A program made the translations under genes and the position numbers. The notes beneath the pieces were generated by a model. The model worked only from the letters and a program-made list of their open reading frames with translations. It did no database searches and was not told the origin of the DNA. Shown here in pieces: positions 38,767 to 47,748 of a stretch of DNA of 64,000 nucleotides; position 1 is the stretch's first letter, and every line of letters starts with the position of its first letter. The stretch covers positions 4,605-68,604 of the forward strand of contig CALGTS010000058.1 in the NCBI GenBank assembly GCA_937901925.1, in the 5' to 3' direction. The DNA is from an uncultured Bacteroidales bacterium. Its GTDB lineage: Bacteria > Bacteroidota > Bacteroidia > Bacteroidales > WCHB1-69.

Positions 38767-39758
38767 ACTATATTCTTCTTTATAGGTACAACAAAAGGTT
38801 TCCCACTCCTGTAAATTGCATGCATCTTTTCGTTGTTCCACTCAGGCTTCAAGTTAACAATTGCACCTTCAAGATTTTTTGACGAAGTTATGACAGAGCC
38901 TACGTTAAACATATATACAGATTTTTTTCTCAAATGACGAAATCTTACCTCTTCACTACCCGAAATAAAACCTCCTCTAAGCAAAAGTTCATAACTCGAA
39001 TTTTCCAAATCTATACACTTCAACTCTTCTTCTGTTGGAACATATAAAGATAACAACATAAAGGAGTCCGCATCTTGCACATCCTGAACAATCTGCTTAT
39101 CAACTTTTTCTACCTCAAAACGTCCTCCTCCCACACTTCTGTCTGTCCCGATACCAATTTCTCCTAACTCCTCAAATAGAGTTTTCAATTCTATTTCAAG
39201 GTCATCTGGTGCGTCCAAGATACAATAAAGCCCCGCATTTTCACGAAAATAGGTCCAATCAAAAAAGAACGGTTCGGTCTTTCCATCTCCTCTCGGCACG
39301 CTCACTCGTTGATTCACTTGCGATTTTGAGGGCGAATCGAATTTCTCAAAAGCGCCTGCCGAAAGCAGATAATCTCCTTGCAACTGTTCTTCTTTAACTT
39401 CTATTTCTTTGCCTCTGATCAAATCTTGCCACAACAAGGAATCCACGAACTTCACCTTTTTCAGTTTTTTTCGATAAGCATGCTCTTCTTGACCTTTTAC
39501 ACGCACATTTAACCGACCTTGCACTTTTGGCAAAAAATAAAACTCGCCAAAATATGGGAAAGCAGAACTTACCACAAAAGACATCAAGAACGATTCTATA
39601 TCAGAAGATTTTCCCTTCTGAGCTCTTAAAGAAGCTAACGCAGACGACAAAGTATCGCTATGAAACACAGAAGAGGAGAAATCGTAATTCTCCTTTCCTG
39701 TACCGATATGCAGAGGAGTAAGATTCTTAAATTTTATTATAAATCTACTCATAATCAA
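38763..39758 (-). CDS. csm4: Type III-A Csm4 (Cas5-like RAMP)
   Basis: FKNLTPLHIGTGKENYDFSSSVFHSDTLSSALAS, a typical Csm4 N-terminus. Position between csm3 and csm5 with ATGA overlaps on both sides. Confidence 0.8.
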   Translation of the reverse strand: MIMSRFIIKFKNLTPLHIGTGKENYDFSSSVFHSDTLSSALASLRAQKGKSSDIESFLMSFVVSSAFPYFGEFYFLPKVQGRLNVRVKGQEEHAYRKKLKKVKFVDSLLWQDLIRGKEIEVKEEQLQGDYLLSAGAFEKFDSPSKSQVNQRVSVPRGDGKTEPFFFDWTYFRENAGLYCILDAPDDLEIELKTLFEELGEIGIGTDRSVGGGRFEVEKVDKQIVQDVQDADSFMLLSLYVPTEEELKCIDLENSSYELLLRGGFISGSEEVRFRHLRKKSVYMFNVGSVITSSKNLEGAIVNLKPEWNNEKMHAIYRSGKPFVVPIKKNIV

Positions 39759-40402
39759 TACTCTTTTACAACACCATTATCAATGTCAAGTCCTTCAAAC
39801 TTAATCTGACCATATCCACGTGAGCCATGACCACCCAAATAGTCGTCTTCTAACAATTCAATTGCCTGTTTAAGCGTCTTCTTCAGTTCTTTTTCATCTT
39901 CACCTTCAAATACATTCAACACCATGTTTAATTTAAACTTAGCCCCAGCCGGAACACGTTCAAACGTACGCGGATTTGCCTTAGCCGTTACTCTATCAAT
40001 TGCAACTTCCGTCTTACTTTCTGTATAAGGCAAGTCTGTATTACTAAAATCACAAGCATCAACATCCAACTCTGCATCTCTAACAATCAGACGAGATGGT
40101 CTGTTATTATCAGAACCTGTTGCAACACCAAACAACTTTCCAGAAACCGAATCTGGATCCTTACTTGGTCCTACTTTTCCTCTGTCAACTTCGACGCAAC
40201 CATTTGCAATCTCTACCAACGCACGCATCTTACCCTTCAAAGAACTGCCCGGAATATAGGGAATATTGTTAATAGGATTTCTAACCACAAACTTGTCCGG
40301 ACCTCCAATATTCAACGCTGCATTTGTACCTCCAATATGCAAACCTGTTTTTAGCACTATTGTGCCTGTATATAATATTTTCTTTACTAATTTCGTAGCC
40401 AT
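39755..40402 (-). CDS. csm3: Type III-A backbone RAMP Csm3 (Cas7), with Asn at the catalytic Asp position
   Basis: TGLHIGGTNAALNIGGPDKFVVRNPINNIPYIPGSSLKGKMRAL and C-terminal DDYLGGHGSRGYG. Collinear with S. epidermidis Csm3 as I recall it. Confidence 0.9.
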   Translation of the reverse strand: MATKLVKKILYTGTIVLKTGLHIGGTNAALNIGGPDKFVVRNPINNIPYIPGSSLKGKMRALVEIANGCVEVDRGKVGPSKDPDSVSGKLFGVATGSDNNRPSRLIVRDAELDVDACDFSNTDLPYTESKTEVAIDRVTAKANPRTFERVPAGAKFKLNMVLNVFEGEDEKELKKTLKQAIELLEDDYLGGHGSRGYGQIKFEGLDIDNGVVKEY

Positions 40403-40442
40403 ATTTTTACTTTTTATGATTTAACAAATTAAATAAAATAGA

Positions 40443-40928
40443 TTAATCTTTACCTCCGTTAGCTTTATGATAAGCCAAAACCGCCTCCATAAGATTGCAA
40501 AAATTCAAATAAGATTTCTGATTCGTAACATAAACAAAACACTCATCAAATAATTTTTTAAAAAGTTTGAGCCCTTCATTTTTTTCATCTCTTCCTAGTG
40601 CATAAGCAACTTTCGGTTTCAACAAATAAAAAGAGGACTTCTCCTTTTCAAATTCACCCATTTGAATTCTCTTTATTTCGCCGTACACATTACGAATTTT
40701 AGAGTTTGTAAGACCATTTTTTGCCATAAACTCGCCAACTTTTTCTGCAAAATCAACCAAATCTGGCGTTGCTCCATTTATAATCCACTCACGATTATAT
40801 GCAGGGTCTAATTTACTCCAAAACGTATCTGACTTAGACGATCTATCGCTTGAAGCAAAACCGCCCCCATTGTTACCTCCGTGAGGTCTGTCATTTCGTC
40901 TGTTTGTATTAAAATTCATATTACTCAT
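40443..40928 (-). CDS. csm2: Type III-A small subunit Csm2 (Cas11)
   Basis: 161 aa, helical, located between cas10 and csm3. Has a Gly/Asn-rich N-terminal extension. Confidence 0.7.
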   Translation of the reverse strand: MSNMNFNTNRRNDRPHGGNNGGGFASSDRSSKSDTFWSKLDPAYNREWIINGATPDLVDFAEKVGEFMAKNGLTNSKIRNVYGEIKRIQMGEFEKEKSSFYLLKPKVAYALGRDEKNEGLKLFKKLFDECFVYVTNQKSYLNFCNLMEAVLAYHKANGGKD

Positions 40929-40955
40929 AATATCTTTATTTAATTGATTAATACT

Positions 40956-43478
40956 CTATTTACTTCTATATTCTAACTCCGCCCAACGTGAAGCAAAAGC
41001 CCACAACTCAAGCGGATGATAATCTGAAACTATCGGTTCACCATTGAGTTTACCCTTGTTTTTGTCGCACACCTCTTTTATGCAATTGTCAATCATGTTA
41101 TTAACCTCCTCGCCCGCACTACGGGTCTTCATTCTGCTCAAATCATACGTCAACATCCAATATGTCTTCGTTCTGGTAATTTGATGTTTTTTCATTTCTG
41201 AATTTGCATAATGAGACATCACTTTTGAAATAAAAGACTTTGGCAATTTGTTTGAATCGAGCAACTTTACAATCTCTCCTTTCAGTTTCTCAACCGTTGT
41301 GAATTCCAAATCCCAATTCAACGGAAAATCCATAAAAGACAGTGCATTCTTATCAACTCCTTTTACAGAGTGACCTTTTGCCGCTTTCTCTTCTGTATCA
41401 CTCTCTTCCGCTCCTTTCATTATAGGATACGATGGAGAAATAATTGCGATTCCTCCAGACACAGAAAAGGCTTTGTTTTCACATGTAAACTCTCTAAAAT
41501 CCTCCTTTATTCGTTTTGCTATTTTTATTGTCACATCCCAACTTCCGACAACAAAGACATCATCACCTCCGCTATACACGATAAACGATTTCTCTGGAGC
41601 AACCTCTTTCCATATCGTATTAAGATAACCTGAGAAAAAGAAGTCGAAAGAACGGCTCAACGCCGCGTATCTCGACAGTGTTGCACGCTCAGACGGAATA
41701 CCTTGCTGGAAAATATGGCCTAGATTATCTACGTCCATCCTTAACACTCCCATTCTTGAAAAACGCCCTTCTTCATTTTTTGCGTCACACATCTCTTCAA
41801 AAGTGGAATTGTTAAACTCGTTTCCTCCATAAAAATCCAACGCATATATATTATTAATACCGTCCACTGTGTGCATAAAGTCACAATTTCCGTTCTTACC
41901 ATTCAGCGTAATTACCGTAACCTTGTCTGCCGAGGCTTTTAATTCCTCTTTCTTAGACTTCAAATCGTTATCATTTAGGAAATAATATGTAAAACCTAAT
42001 CCTAATGGCTCAATCTTAGTCATATTGCTCCAATATGACAAAGGTTCTCCATCTTTCACCACTAATAAATCTACATCTCTCAGTTTCTCTCCTATTTCTA
42101 TCTGTTTAGCTGTTGTTGGTTTCAGTATCAAAGAGTCTTTTTTTATCGGCTTTTCTGTTGCCAAAAACTCTTCTCCTGTTATAGTGTCTCTTTGTGCATC
42201 TCCTCCCTGCATCAATGGTTTAAAGAATTGCGAATAATTATCCTTAATCAACTGAGAAAACTTCGTATTCTTTTTTCGGTCTCTTAATTGGAACAACTTG
42301 CCCCAAACTTCTCCAAGCCCACCATTCTTGTGCATCAATGCATCCTCAGACAAACCTACACTATCTATCGCAACAAACAAAGATGTTCCGTGCGATTCAA
42401 ACAGCTTCTTTTCAATTGTCGAAACAGCCTCTTTAAGTTGTTCTTTTACATACTTAGTATTAGGAGCAAGAAGATAAAAGCCTCCGCCTGAATTATATAT
42501 AATATTTGCCTGAAACAAATTAAGTTGTTTCAACAAATACCTTACAACTGTATCAGATAACAATCTCAAATAGAACGACCTACCTTTCAGATTCTTACCT
42601 GCATATTTTGATACAATCTGGTATATATACGGCTGAATGCCACTAAAATCGGCTCCAACAAGCAAAAACGGCTCATCTCCTGCTTTTTCTCCTTTTTCAT
42701 AATCATACAAGCAAACAGAGAGCGCTGCAGTTGTTTTCAAATGATCATACAACGACACATCAGGGAAATTTATTGTACTTGCCGGAACACAACTCGTATA
42801 TTTCTGCAACAAATTCAACAATGTCTCAGCAAACGCTTTATAAGTATTTGCCTGTATAAATTTAAACTCTCCTATAAAAGCATTCCACAACGATAAATAA
42901 TCCGCCTCCTTCTCAAACTTTTCTTTGGGAAAACAATCTTTCGTCAGAGTGAGTTTTTCTATCGGTATATGTTGCCAATTTGTTTTACTCTCCAGCTCTG
43001 CATCTGACAATGATATTGTTTCCAATATCGACGTCATTCTTTTCTTCTTAAAAGAATCCCAACCGCTCTCTTCCTCATCTTGCGCATCTTTCATCGCAAC
43101 ATCAGAACTACGATCCATACCTGATGAAAGACAATCTGCCTTCTTAATCAATCTCCCCAAATCGGAAATTTGCTCTTCTGACAAATGATGTCCTGCTGCT
43201 AAATTAATAAGATTGTTCTTATCAGTCAAATCAGCAAAATTCGAACCTACAAGATTACGAAAAACAGCCATGTTATCTTCAATAAACTGGGCCGTCCATA
43301 ATACATGCTTATGAGAATAAGAACCTTTATAAAGAGGACAAAAAGTTGATTCTGTTTTGCAATATTCACTCAAAAACCGACTCTTGCTAACAGACCCCTT
43401 ATCCGCCCTCTGATAAAACTTACCGATATCATGCAACAGCGCCGCTAAATAAATATGTTCTCTAATTTTATCTTCCAT
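40956..43478 (-). CDS. cas10: Cas10/Csm1 with HD nuclease and cyclase (GGDD) domains
   Basis: 840 aa. N-terminal HD motif YLAALLHDIGKFY. Palm motif IVYSGGDDVFVVGSWD. Confidence 0.9.
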   Translation of the reverse strand: MEDKIREHIYLAALLHDIGKFYQRADKGSVSKSRFLSEYCKTESTFCPLYKGSYSHKHVLWTAQFIEDNMAVFRNLVGSNFADLTDKNNLINLAAGHHLSEEQISDLGRLIKKADCLSSGMDRSSDVAMKDAQDEEESGWDSFKKKRMTSILETISLSDAELESKTNWQHIPIEKLTLTKDCFPKEKFEKEADYLSLWNAFIGEFKFIQANTYKAFAETLLNLLQKYTSCVPASTINFPDVSLYDHLKTTAALSVCLYDYEKGEKAGDEPFLLVGADFSGIQPYIYQIVSKYAGKNLKGRSFYLRLLSDTVVRYLLKQLNLFQANIIYNSGGGFYLLAPNTKYVKEQLKEAVSTIEKKLFESHGTSLFVAIDSVGLSEDALMHKNGGLGEVWGKLFQLRDRKKNTKFSQLIKDNYSQFFKPLMQGGDAQRDTITGEEFLATEKPIKKDSLILKPTTAKQIEIGEKLRDVDLLVVKDGEPLSYWSNMTKIEPLGLGFTYYFLNDNDLKSKKEELKASADKVTVITLNGKNGNCDFMHTVDGINNIYALDFYGGNEFNNSTFEEMCDAKNEEGRFSRMGVLRMDVDNLGHIFQQGIPSERATLSRYAALSRSFDFFFSGYLNTIWKEVAPEKSFIVYSGGDDVFVVGSWDVTIKIAKRIKEDFREFTCENKAFSVSGGIAIISPSYPIMKGAEESDTEEKAAKGHSVKGVDKNALSFMDFPLNWDLEFTTVEKLKGEIVKLLDSNKLPKSFISKVMSHYANSEMKKHQITRTKTYWMLTYDLSRMKTRSAGEEVNNMIDNCIKEVCDKNKGKLNGEPIVSDYHPLELWAFASRWAELEYRSK

Positions 43479-43486
43479 ATTTTATA

Positions 43487-44179
43487 TCATTTTTTTACAT
43501 TTCTCTTCATCATTTTCACCATTCCCATGCCGAGGCTGGTACCTTTTCCCAGTCCGCAGAAGTCGGGTAAGGAGACGTTGGTCTTGAATTCCACGTCGAA
43601 ACTCATCATCTTGACACCCTTATAGAGTTCCAGACGGGGTTCCTCCATTTTTAAAATCTCACAAGTAATGTCTCGTTCAAGGCGTATGCCCAGACCTTTA
43701 CACATTGAGAGTATATTGCCCACCAAAATCCGCTGCAGGAACTCTGCCCGCGCAGCCAACCCTTCTAATTGTAAAAACTCATTGTAATTGTTAGAGTTAA
43801 AAGGTAACCATTTACGCAGGGTGTAACGAAAAGTGTCGTCCCACGCCTGCACTAAAATTTGCTTGGCATCTACACTGTCAATCTCAAAACGCTCCTGCTC
43901 TCGGTTGCCAATCTGCAAGTCGAAGTCGCACGACGAGAAGAACTCACCAATCGCCTCAACCCCATCACCAATACAAACTATTGCCGCCTTCCCACCAATC
44001 CGCTTATATTGTATCAGCGGATATGAGTAGCGCAAACCCTCTTCAGTATGACCACTAAAGAACTCATCGTGCGGAGTACCACAAACACGATCCAAAACTG
44101 CGCCACGGAAGAATCTAATCTCAGTTTGCCGTAATGGATTTTTAAATCTCACAACCAACAATTTAATTCTTGCACCCAT
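43487..44179 (-). CDS. cas6: Cas6-like crRNA endoribonuclease
   Basis: 230-aa RAMP-like protein with a C-terminal glycine-rich loop CGLGKGTSLGMGMV. First gene of the interference operon. Confidence 0.65.
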   Translation of the reverse strand: MGARIKLLVVRFKNPLRQTEIRFFRGAVLDRVCGTPHDEFFSGHTEEGLRYSYPLIQYKRIGGKAAIVCIGDGVEAIGEFFSSCDFDLQIGNREQERFEIDSVDAKQILVQAWDDTFRYTLRKWLPFNSNNYNEFLQLEGLAARAEFLQRILVGNILSMCKGLGIRLERDITCEILKMEEPRLELYKGVKMMSFDVEFKTNVSLPDFCGLGKGTSLGMGMVKMMKRNVKK

Positions 44180-44218
44180 ATCGTTCTAAAACTTTTTCAA
44201 AATAAATCTAACCATCTG

Positions 44219-44226
44219 CAAAAATA
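44219..44226 (-). promoter_or_regulatory. -7 promoter box (TATTTTTG) for the cas6-cas10-csm operon
   Basis: Reverse complement of CAAAAATA, 40-47 nt upstream of ATG 44179. Confidence 0.4.
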
Positions 44227-44706
44227 TAGTTTTTTTTACAAATCTGAGTAAAATTTGAAATTTTCCAAAAAAAATCATAATTTTTAAAGCCAAATCTTTT
44301 CCCCAAAAAAACATTGATATTTTTTTGCAAAAGTTAGAAATAGGTCTCCACAGCAAAACGGAATTGGTCAATGAAAATTTGTTTAAATGCTGAGATCTTA
44401 TTTTGCTCATAAAATAGCAGCATAGCTTTAATACTTTCAACATTTAATTTTTGCAATAAATCGACTCGCAAGAATAGCCAAATCGACTTAATTGCGCAAT
44501 AAAAATGAGCCGATCATTTAAAAATGAGCTGATTGTATTTTTTTCACACTTTCCTTTCTTTAATCAAAAAAATTGTAACAATTCTATGATAATTTCGCTT
44601 TTTTTATAAATTTGCAACTTTGTTTAAAATTTCCAAATAATGATGGAAACTCTTATTCATATAGAAAATCTATTTGTGGTATTGTATTAAGAAATAATAT
44701 TTTACA

Positions 44707-46755
44707 ATGTTAATAAACTTCTCTAATTATCCTTCCCAAAAGTGGAGCGCCGAACAATTAGCTCAAGCAAAGAAACAATTTGGCGGCGTAACAGACCTAA
44801 AATTTCCCAATGTAAATCCCAATTGCACAGAATCTGATATTGCAAACCTGACCAATATCTTCTATCAGAAAATTCAGAAAATTGTAAAAAACATAAAAAG
44901 AACGGAAGAGATTACCGTTCTTATTATGGGCGAAAGCACGCTCACCTTTACCCTACTCACACGACTTTTAGGTTCAGGTATTCCTTGCGTGGCTTCTTGT
45001 TACCAAATCGATACAATTAAAAATGAGAATGGTAAAAAAGAGAGTATTAGGAAATTTGTAAAATTCAGATACTACAATAGTTATACTCAACCGAAGGCGG
45101 ATTCTAACATTATAAAAGCGGTTTGTCCCCAGCTGACACCTCCTATTGTAAAGGGAAAGATTGACCTTGATACATTAAAACAGGAGACAAGGCCGATCAA
45201 GAAGAGTCAGCAGCCACCTATTACTCCCCCTTTGCCCACTCTTCCTAAAAGCCTAAAAGATATAAAACTCACCGCCCATCAAAAAGAGGCGTTAGATAGT
45301 ATAAAGCGATTTATTAACGATGATAGTAAACGCATTTTTATTCTGAAGGGATTTGCGGGTACAGGAAAAACTACACTTACACGTTTTCTTTTAGAACATC
45401 TTAAAAAGGAGAAAATTGATGTTTCTCTTATGGCACCTACTGGACGAGCAGCCAAGATTCTATCTAACCTTAGCAATTATCCAGCGGCTACCATTCACTC
45501 TAGTATTTATAAGTTCAACGATTTAAACAAAGATTTACCAGAGGAAAAATTAGAGGAGTTAACTGCCGACCAAACTGGACAGTTGTATCTTACTTTCTAC
45601 CCTACTCGAACAACTTTTGATGATCAGTATAAAGGGAAAATCTATATTATTGATGAAGCCTCAATGATTTCTGACATAGAAGAGCTTTTGATATCGCAAG
45701 CAAAATATGGTAGTGGCAAGTTACTCACTGAACTATTGGAATATGACAAACACCCCAAAAGCAAATTTATCTTTATTGGAGACCCGTGTCAATTGCCACC
45801 CATACGCGGGCTTGAATCTCCCGCATTATCACCAAGTTACTTGCAAAAACATTTTAATTGCAGTGCCGATGAGTTCACGTTAACTGAAATTATGCGACAA
45901 GCAGGCGATAGCGACTTGATTATGGCGACAAAAAAAATCCGCGAACTCCGAGAAAATGCCCCTTTGGAAGAGGATTCATTTTCTGACTCCTGGGCACGAC
46001 TACCGTTAAGAGACTGCAAAGAAACCCATATTTATCCTGACATTGATTCTATGTTAGGAAAACATATCGAATTGATCAAAAGTAATGGCTATAATGATTC
46101 TATATTTATTTGCGGAAGCAATAGGAGGAGAAACCAATATTCTGCAAAAATCAGAAGAAGTTTGGGATTTTCCTCCCCACAAGTTGAAAAAGGCGATTTA
46201 CTGATGGTAATTCAAAACAATATACCTACGGGATTACTTAATGGTGATATGGTTGAGGTTCTTCGTGTCGATTCTCAACGCACCTATAGAGCCAATTGCA
46301 CATTTATCAATATTCACGTCAGAGAACTATTTACCCCAAAAGAACACAATGTACTACTAATGGAACAGCCCTTAAACCACAACTCTCTCAATATCAGCAC
46401 CGATATGCAAACAAACCTATTTATAGACTTTGCTCAAAGGATGAATAAAAATGGAATCACCCAAAATAAACATCCAAAAGAGTTTCAGAAAGCCTTAATG
46501 GAAGACCCCTATTTAAATGCTTTACGTTGCCACTACGGATACGCCATAACGTGCCATAAAGCGCAAGGGGGCGAATGGAACAATGTGTTTATTGATTTTG
46601 GACTAAATATAAAAAATCCAACCCAAGAGAAATACCAATGGATCTATACTGCAGTTACAAGAGCCAGAACGGGACTACACGTATTAGACAAACCTTATAT
46701 TTGCAACTTGGACGGAACCTTAGGAACTCCTTTTTACGAAACGATTTTTTTATAA
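44707..46755 (+). CDS. SF1 RecD/Dda-like helicase (AAA_30 + UvrD_C_2-like) with N-terminal orphan domain paralogous to ORF 30306..30671
   Basis: Residues 1-125 run MLINFSNYPSQKWSAEQ...IMGESTLTFTLLTRL...PCVASC...FVKFRYYN. A Pro-rich linker follows. Helicase motifs: GFAGTGKTT (Walker A), MAPTGRAAKIL, IYIIDEASMIS, FIFIGDPCQLPPI, GYAITCHKAQGGEW, YTAVTRAR. Confidence 0.8.
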   Translation: MLINFSNYPSQKWSAEQLAQAKKQFGGVTDLKFPNVNPNCTESDIANLTNIFYQKIQKIVKNIKRTEEITVLIMGESTLTFTLLTRLLGSGIPCVASCYQIDTIKNENGKKESIRKFVKFRYYNSYTQPKADSNIIKAVCPQLTPPIVKGKIDLDTLKQETRPIKKSQQPPITPPLPTLPKSLKDIKLTAHQKEALDSIKRFINDDSKRIFILKGFAGTGKTTLTRFLLEHLKKEKIDVSLMAPTGRAAKILSNLSNYPAATIHSSIYKFNDLNKDLPEEKLEELTADQTGQLYLTFYPTRTTFDDQYKGKIYIIDEASMISDIEELLISQAKYGSGKLLTELLEYDKHPKSKFIFIGDPCQLPPIRGLESPALSPSYLQKHFNCSADEFTLTEIMRQAGDSDLIMATKKIRELRENAPLEEDSFSDSWARLPLRDCKETHIYPDIDSMLGKHIELIKSNGYNDSIFICGSNRRRNQYSAKIRRSLGFSSPQVEKGDLLMVIQNNIPTGLLNGDMVEVLRVDSQRTYRANCTFINIHVRELFTPKEHNVLLMEQPLNHNSLNISTDMQTNLFIDFAQRMNKNGITQNKHPKEFQKALMEDPYLNALRCHYGYAITCHKAQGGEWNNVFIDFGLNIKNPTQEKYQWIYTAVTRARTGLHVLDKPYICNLDGTLGTPFYETIFL

Positions 46756-46764
46756 AAATAGATT

Positions 46765-47748
46765 ATGGAACTTATAATCAGCACTTTTGGCACATCACTC
46801 AACCGTGAAAATGAAGGTTTTGTCATCACTACAACAGAAGGAAGACAGCGCATTCCGGCAGAAGGAATTACCTCGATTCAAATTAGTCGTGGCGCGCAAA
46901 TCTCTTCCGATGCGGTAATGTTAGCAATGGAAAAAGAGATTGAGGTGCTATTTATGGATAAAAATGGCAATGTAACAGGCAGAATCTGGAGCCCCAAATA
47001 TGGTTCTGTTTCCACAATACGCAAAGGGCAGCTCAATTTCTCATTCTCTACAGAAGCTATCCGATGGATCAAAGAGGTTATCTGCCAAAAAATTGAAAAC
47101 CAACAAGCCCTGCTGCTCACTTTTGAGAGTTCTGACATTATGATTCAGAATCACGTTCAGAAATCGATACGCAGGCTAGAAGATTACCGCACGAAAGTTT
47201 CCACCATCAACGGAGAGGTAATCTCGGATATAGCCTCCACTTTAAGAGGTTGGGAGGGATTATCGTCGAAAATCTATTTTGAAACGCTAAACCTTTTTCT
47301 TCCAGAACAATACCGTTTTGAAAAAAGAAGTCAACATCCTGCTACCGATGTTGCAAATGCATTTCTGAACTACGGCTACGGCGTTCTATACGGGAAAGTA
47401 GAGGGCGCACTCATCAAAGCAGGCATTGACCCATATATTGGAGTTTTACACCGCGACGACTACAACCGCCCCGTATTGGTGTATGACGTCATCGAACTCT
47501 ATCGCGTTTGGGTTGATTATGTAGTTTTTACCCTTTTAACCCAAAATGTAATTACTGATGAATTCTATTCTGTACAATCAGATGGCTCCTATTGGTTAGA
47601 ATCTTTAGGAAGACGAGTACTGATACAATCGCTAAACGATTATTTGGAAGAAACTATTGAAGTAAATGGAAATAGTCGTTCTCGTGCCTATCAAATTTTT
47701 CTATATGCTCAGAAGCTAGCACAACAATTTAAAAAAGCAGAACGATGA
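46765..47748 (+). CDS. cas1: Cas1 integrase
   Basis: 327 aa. NAFLNYGYGVLYGKVEGALIKAGIDPYIGVLHRDDYNRPVLVYDVIELYR, the Cas1 C-terminal catalytic region. Confidence 0.9.
   Translation: MELIISTFGTSLNRENEGFVITTTEGRQRIPAEGITSIQISRGAQISSDAVMLAMEKEIEVLFMDKNGNVTGRIWSPKYGSVSTIRKGQLNFSFSTEAIRWIKEVICQKIENQQALLLTFESSDIMIQNHVQKSIRRLEDYRTKVSTINGEVISDIASTLRGWEGLSSKIYFETLNLFLPEQYRFEKRSQHPATDVANAFLNYGYGVLYGKVEGALIKAGIDPYIGVLHRDDYNRPVLVYDVIELYRVWVDYVVFTLLTQNVITDEFYSVQSDGSYWLESLGRRVLIQSLNDYLEETIEVNGNSRSRAYQIFLYAQKLAQQFKKAER

Noticed and set aside
37642-44179. Classification of the interference module as type III-B (cmr) or III-D
   Set aside because: Gene order is cas10, small subunit, a Csm3-like 215-aa Cas7, a Csm4-like Cas5, then a Csm5-like large RAMP. 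This matches csm1-5 of III-A. There are no Cmr1- or Cmr6-like extra RAMPs and no Csx10/Csx19.
44186-44443. 85-aa ORF on the minus strand just upstream of cas6
   Set aside because: It lies in very AT-rich divergent promoter DNA and has a low-complexity Phe/Lys/Ile-rich sequence. It overlaps the predicted cas6 -7 box and carries no motif.
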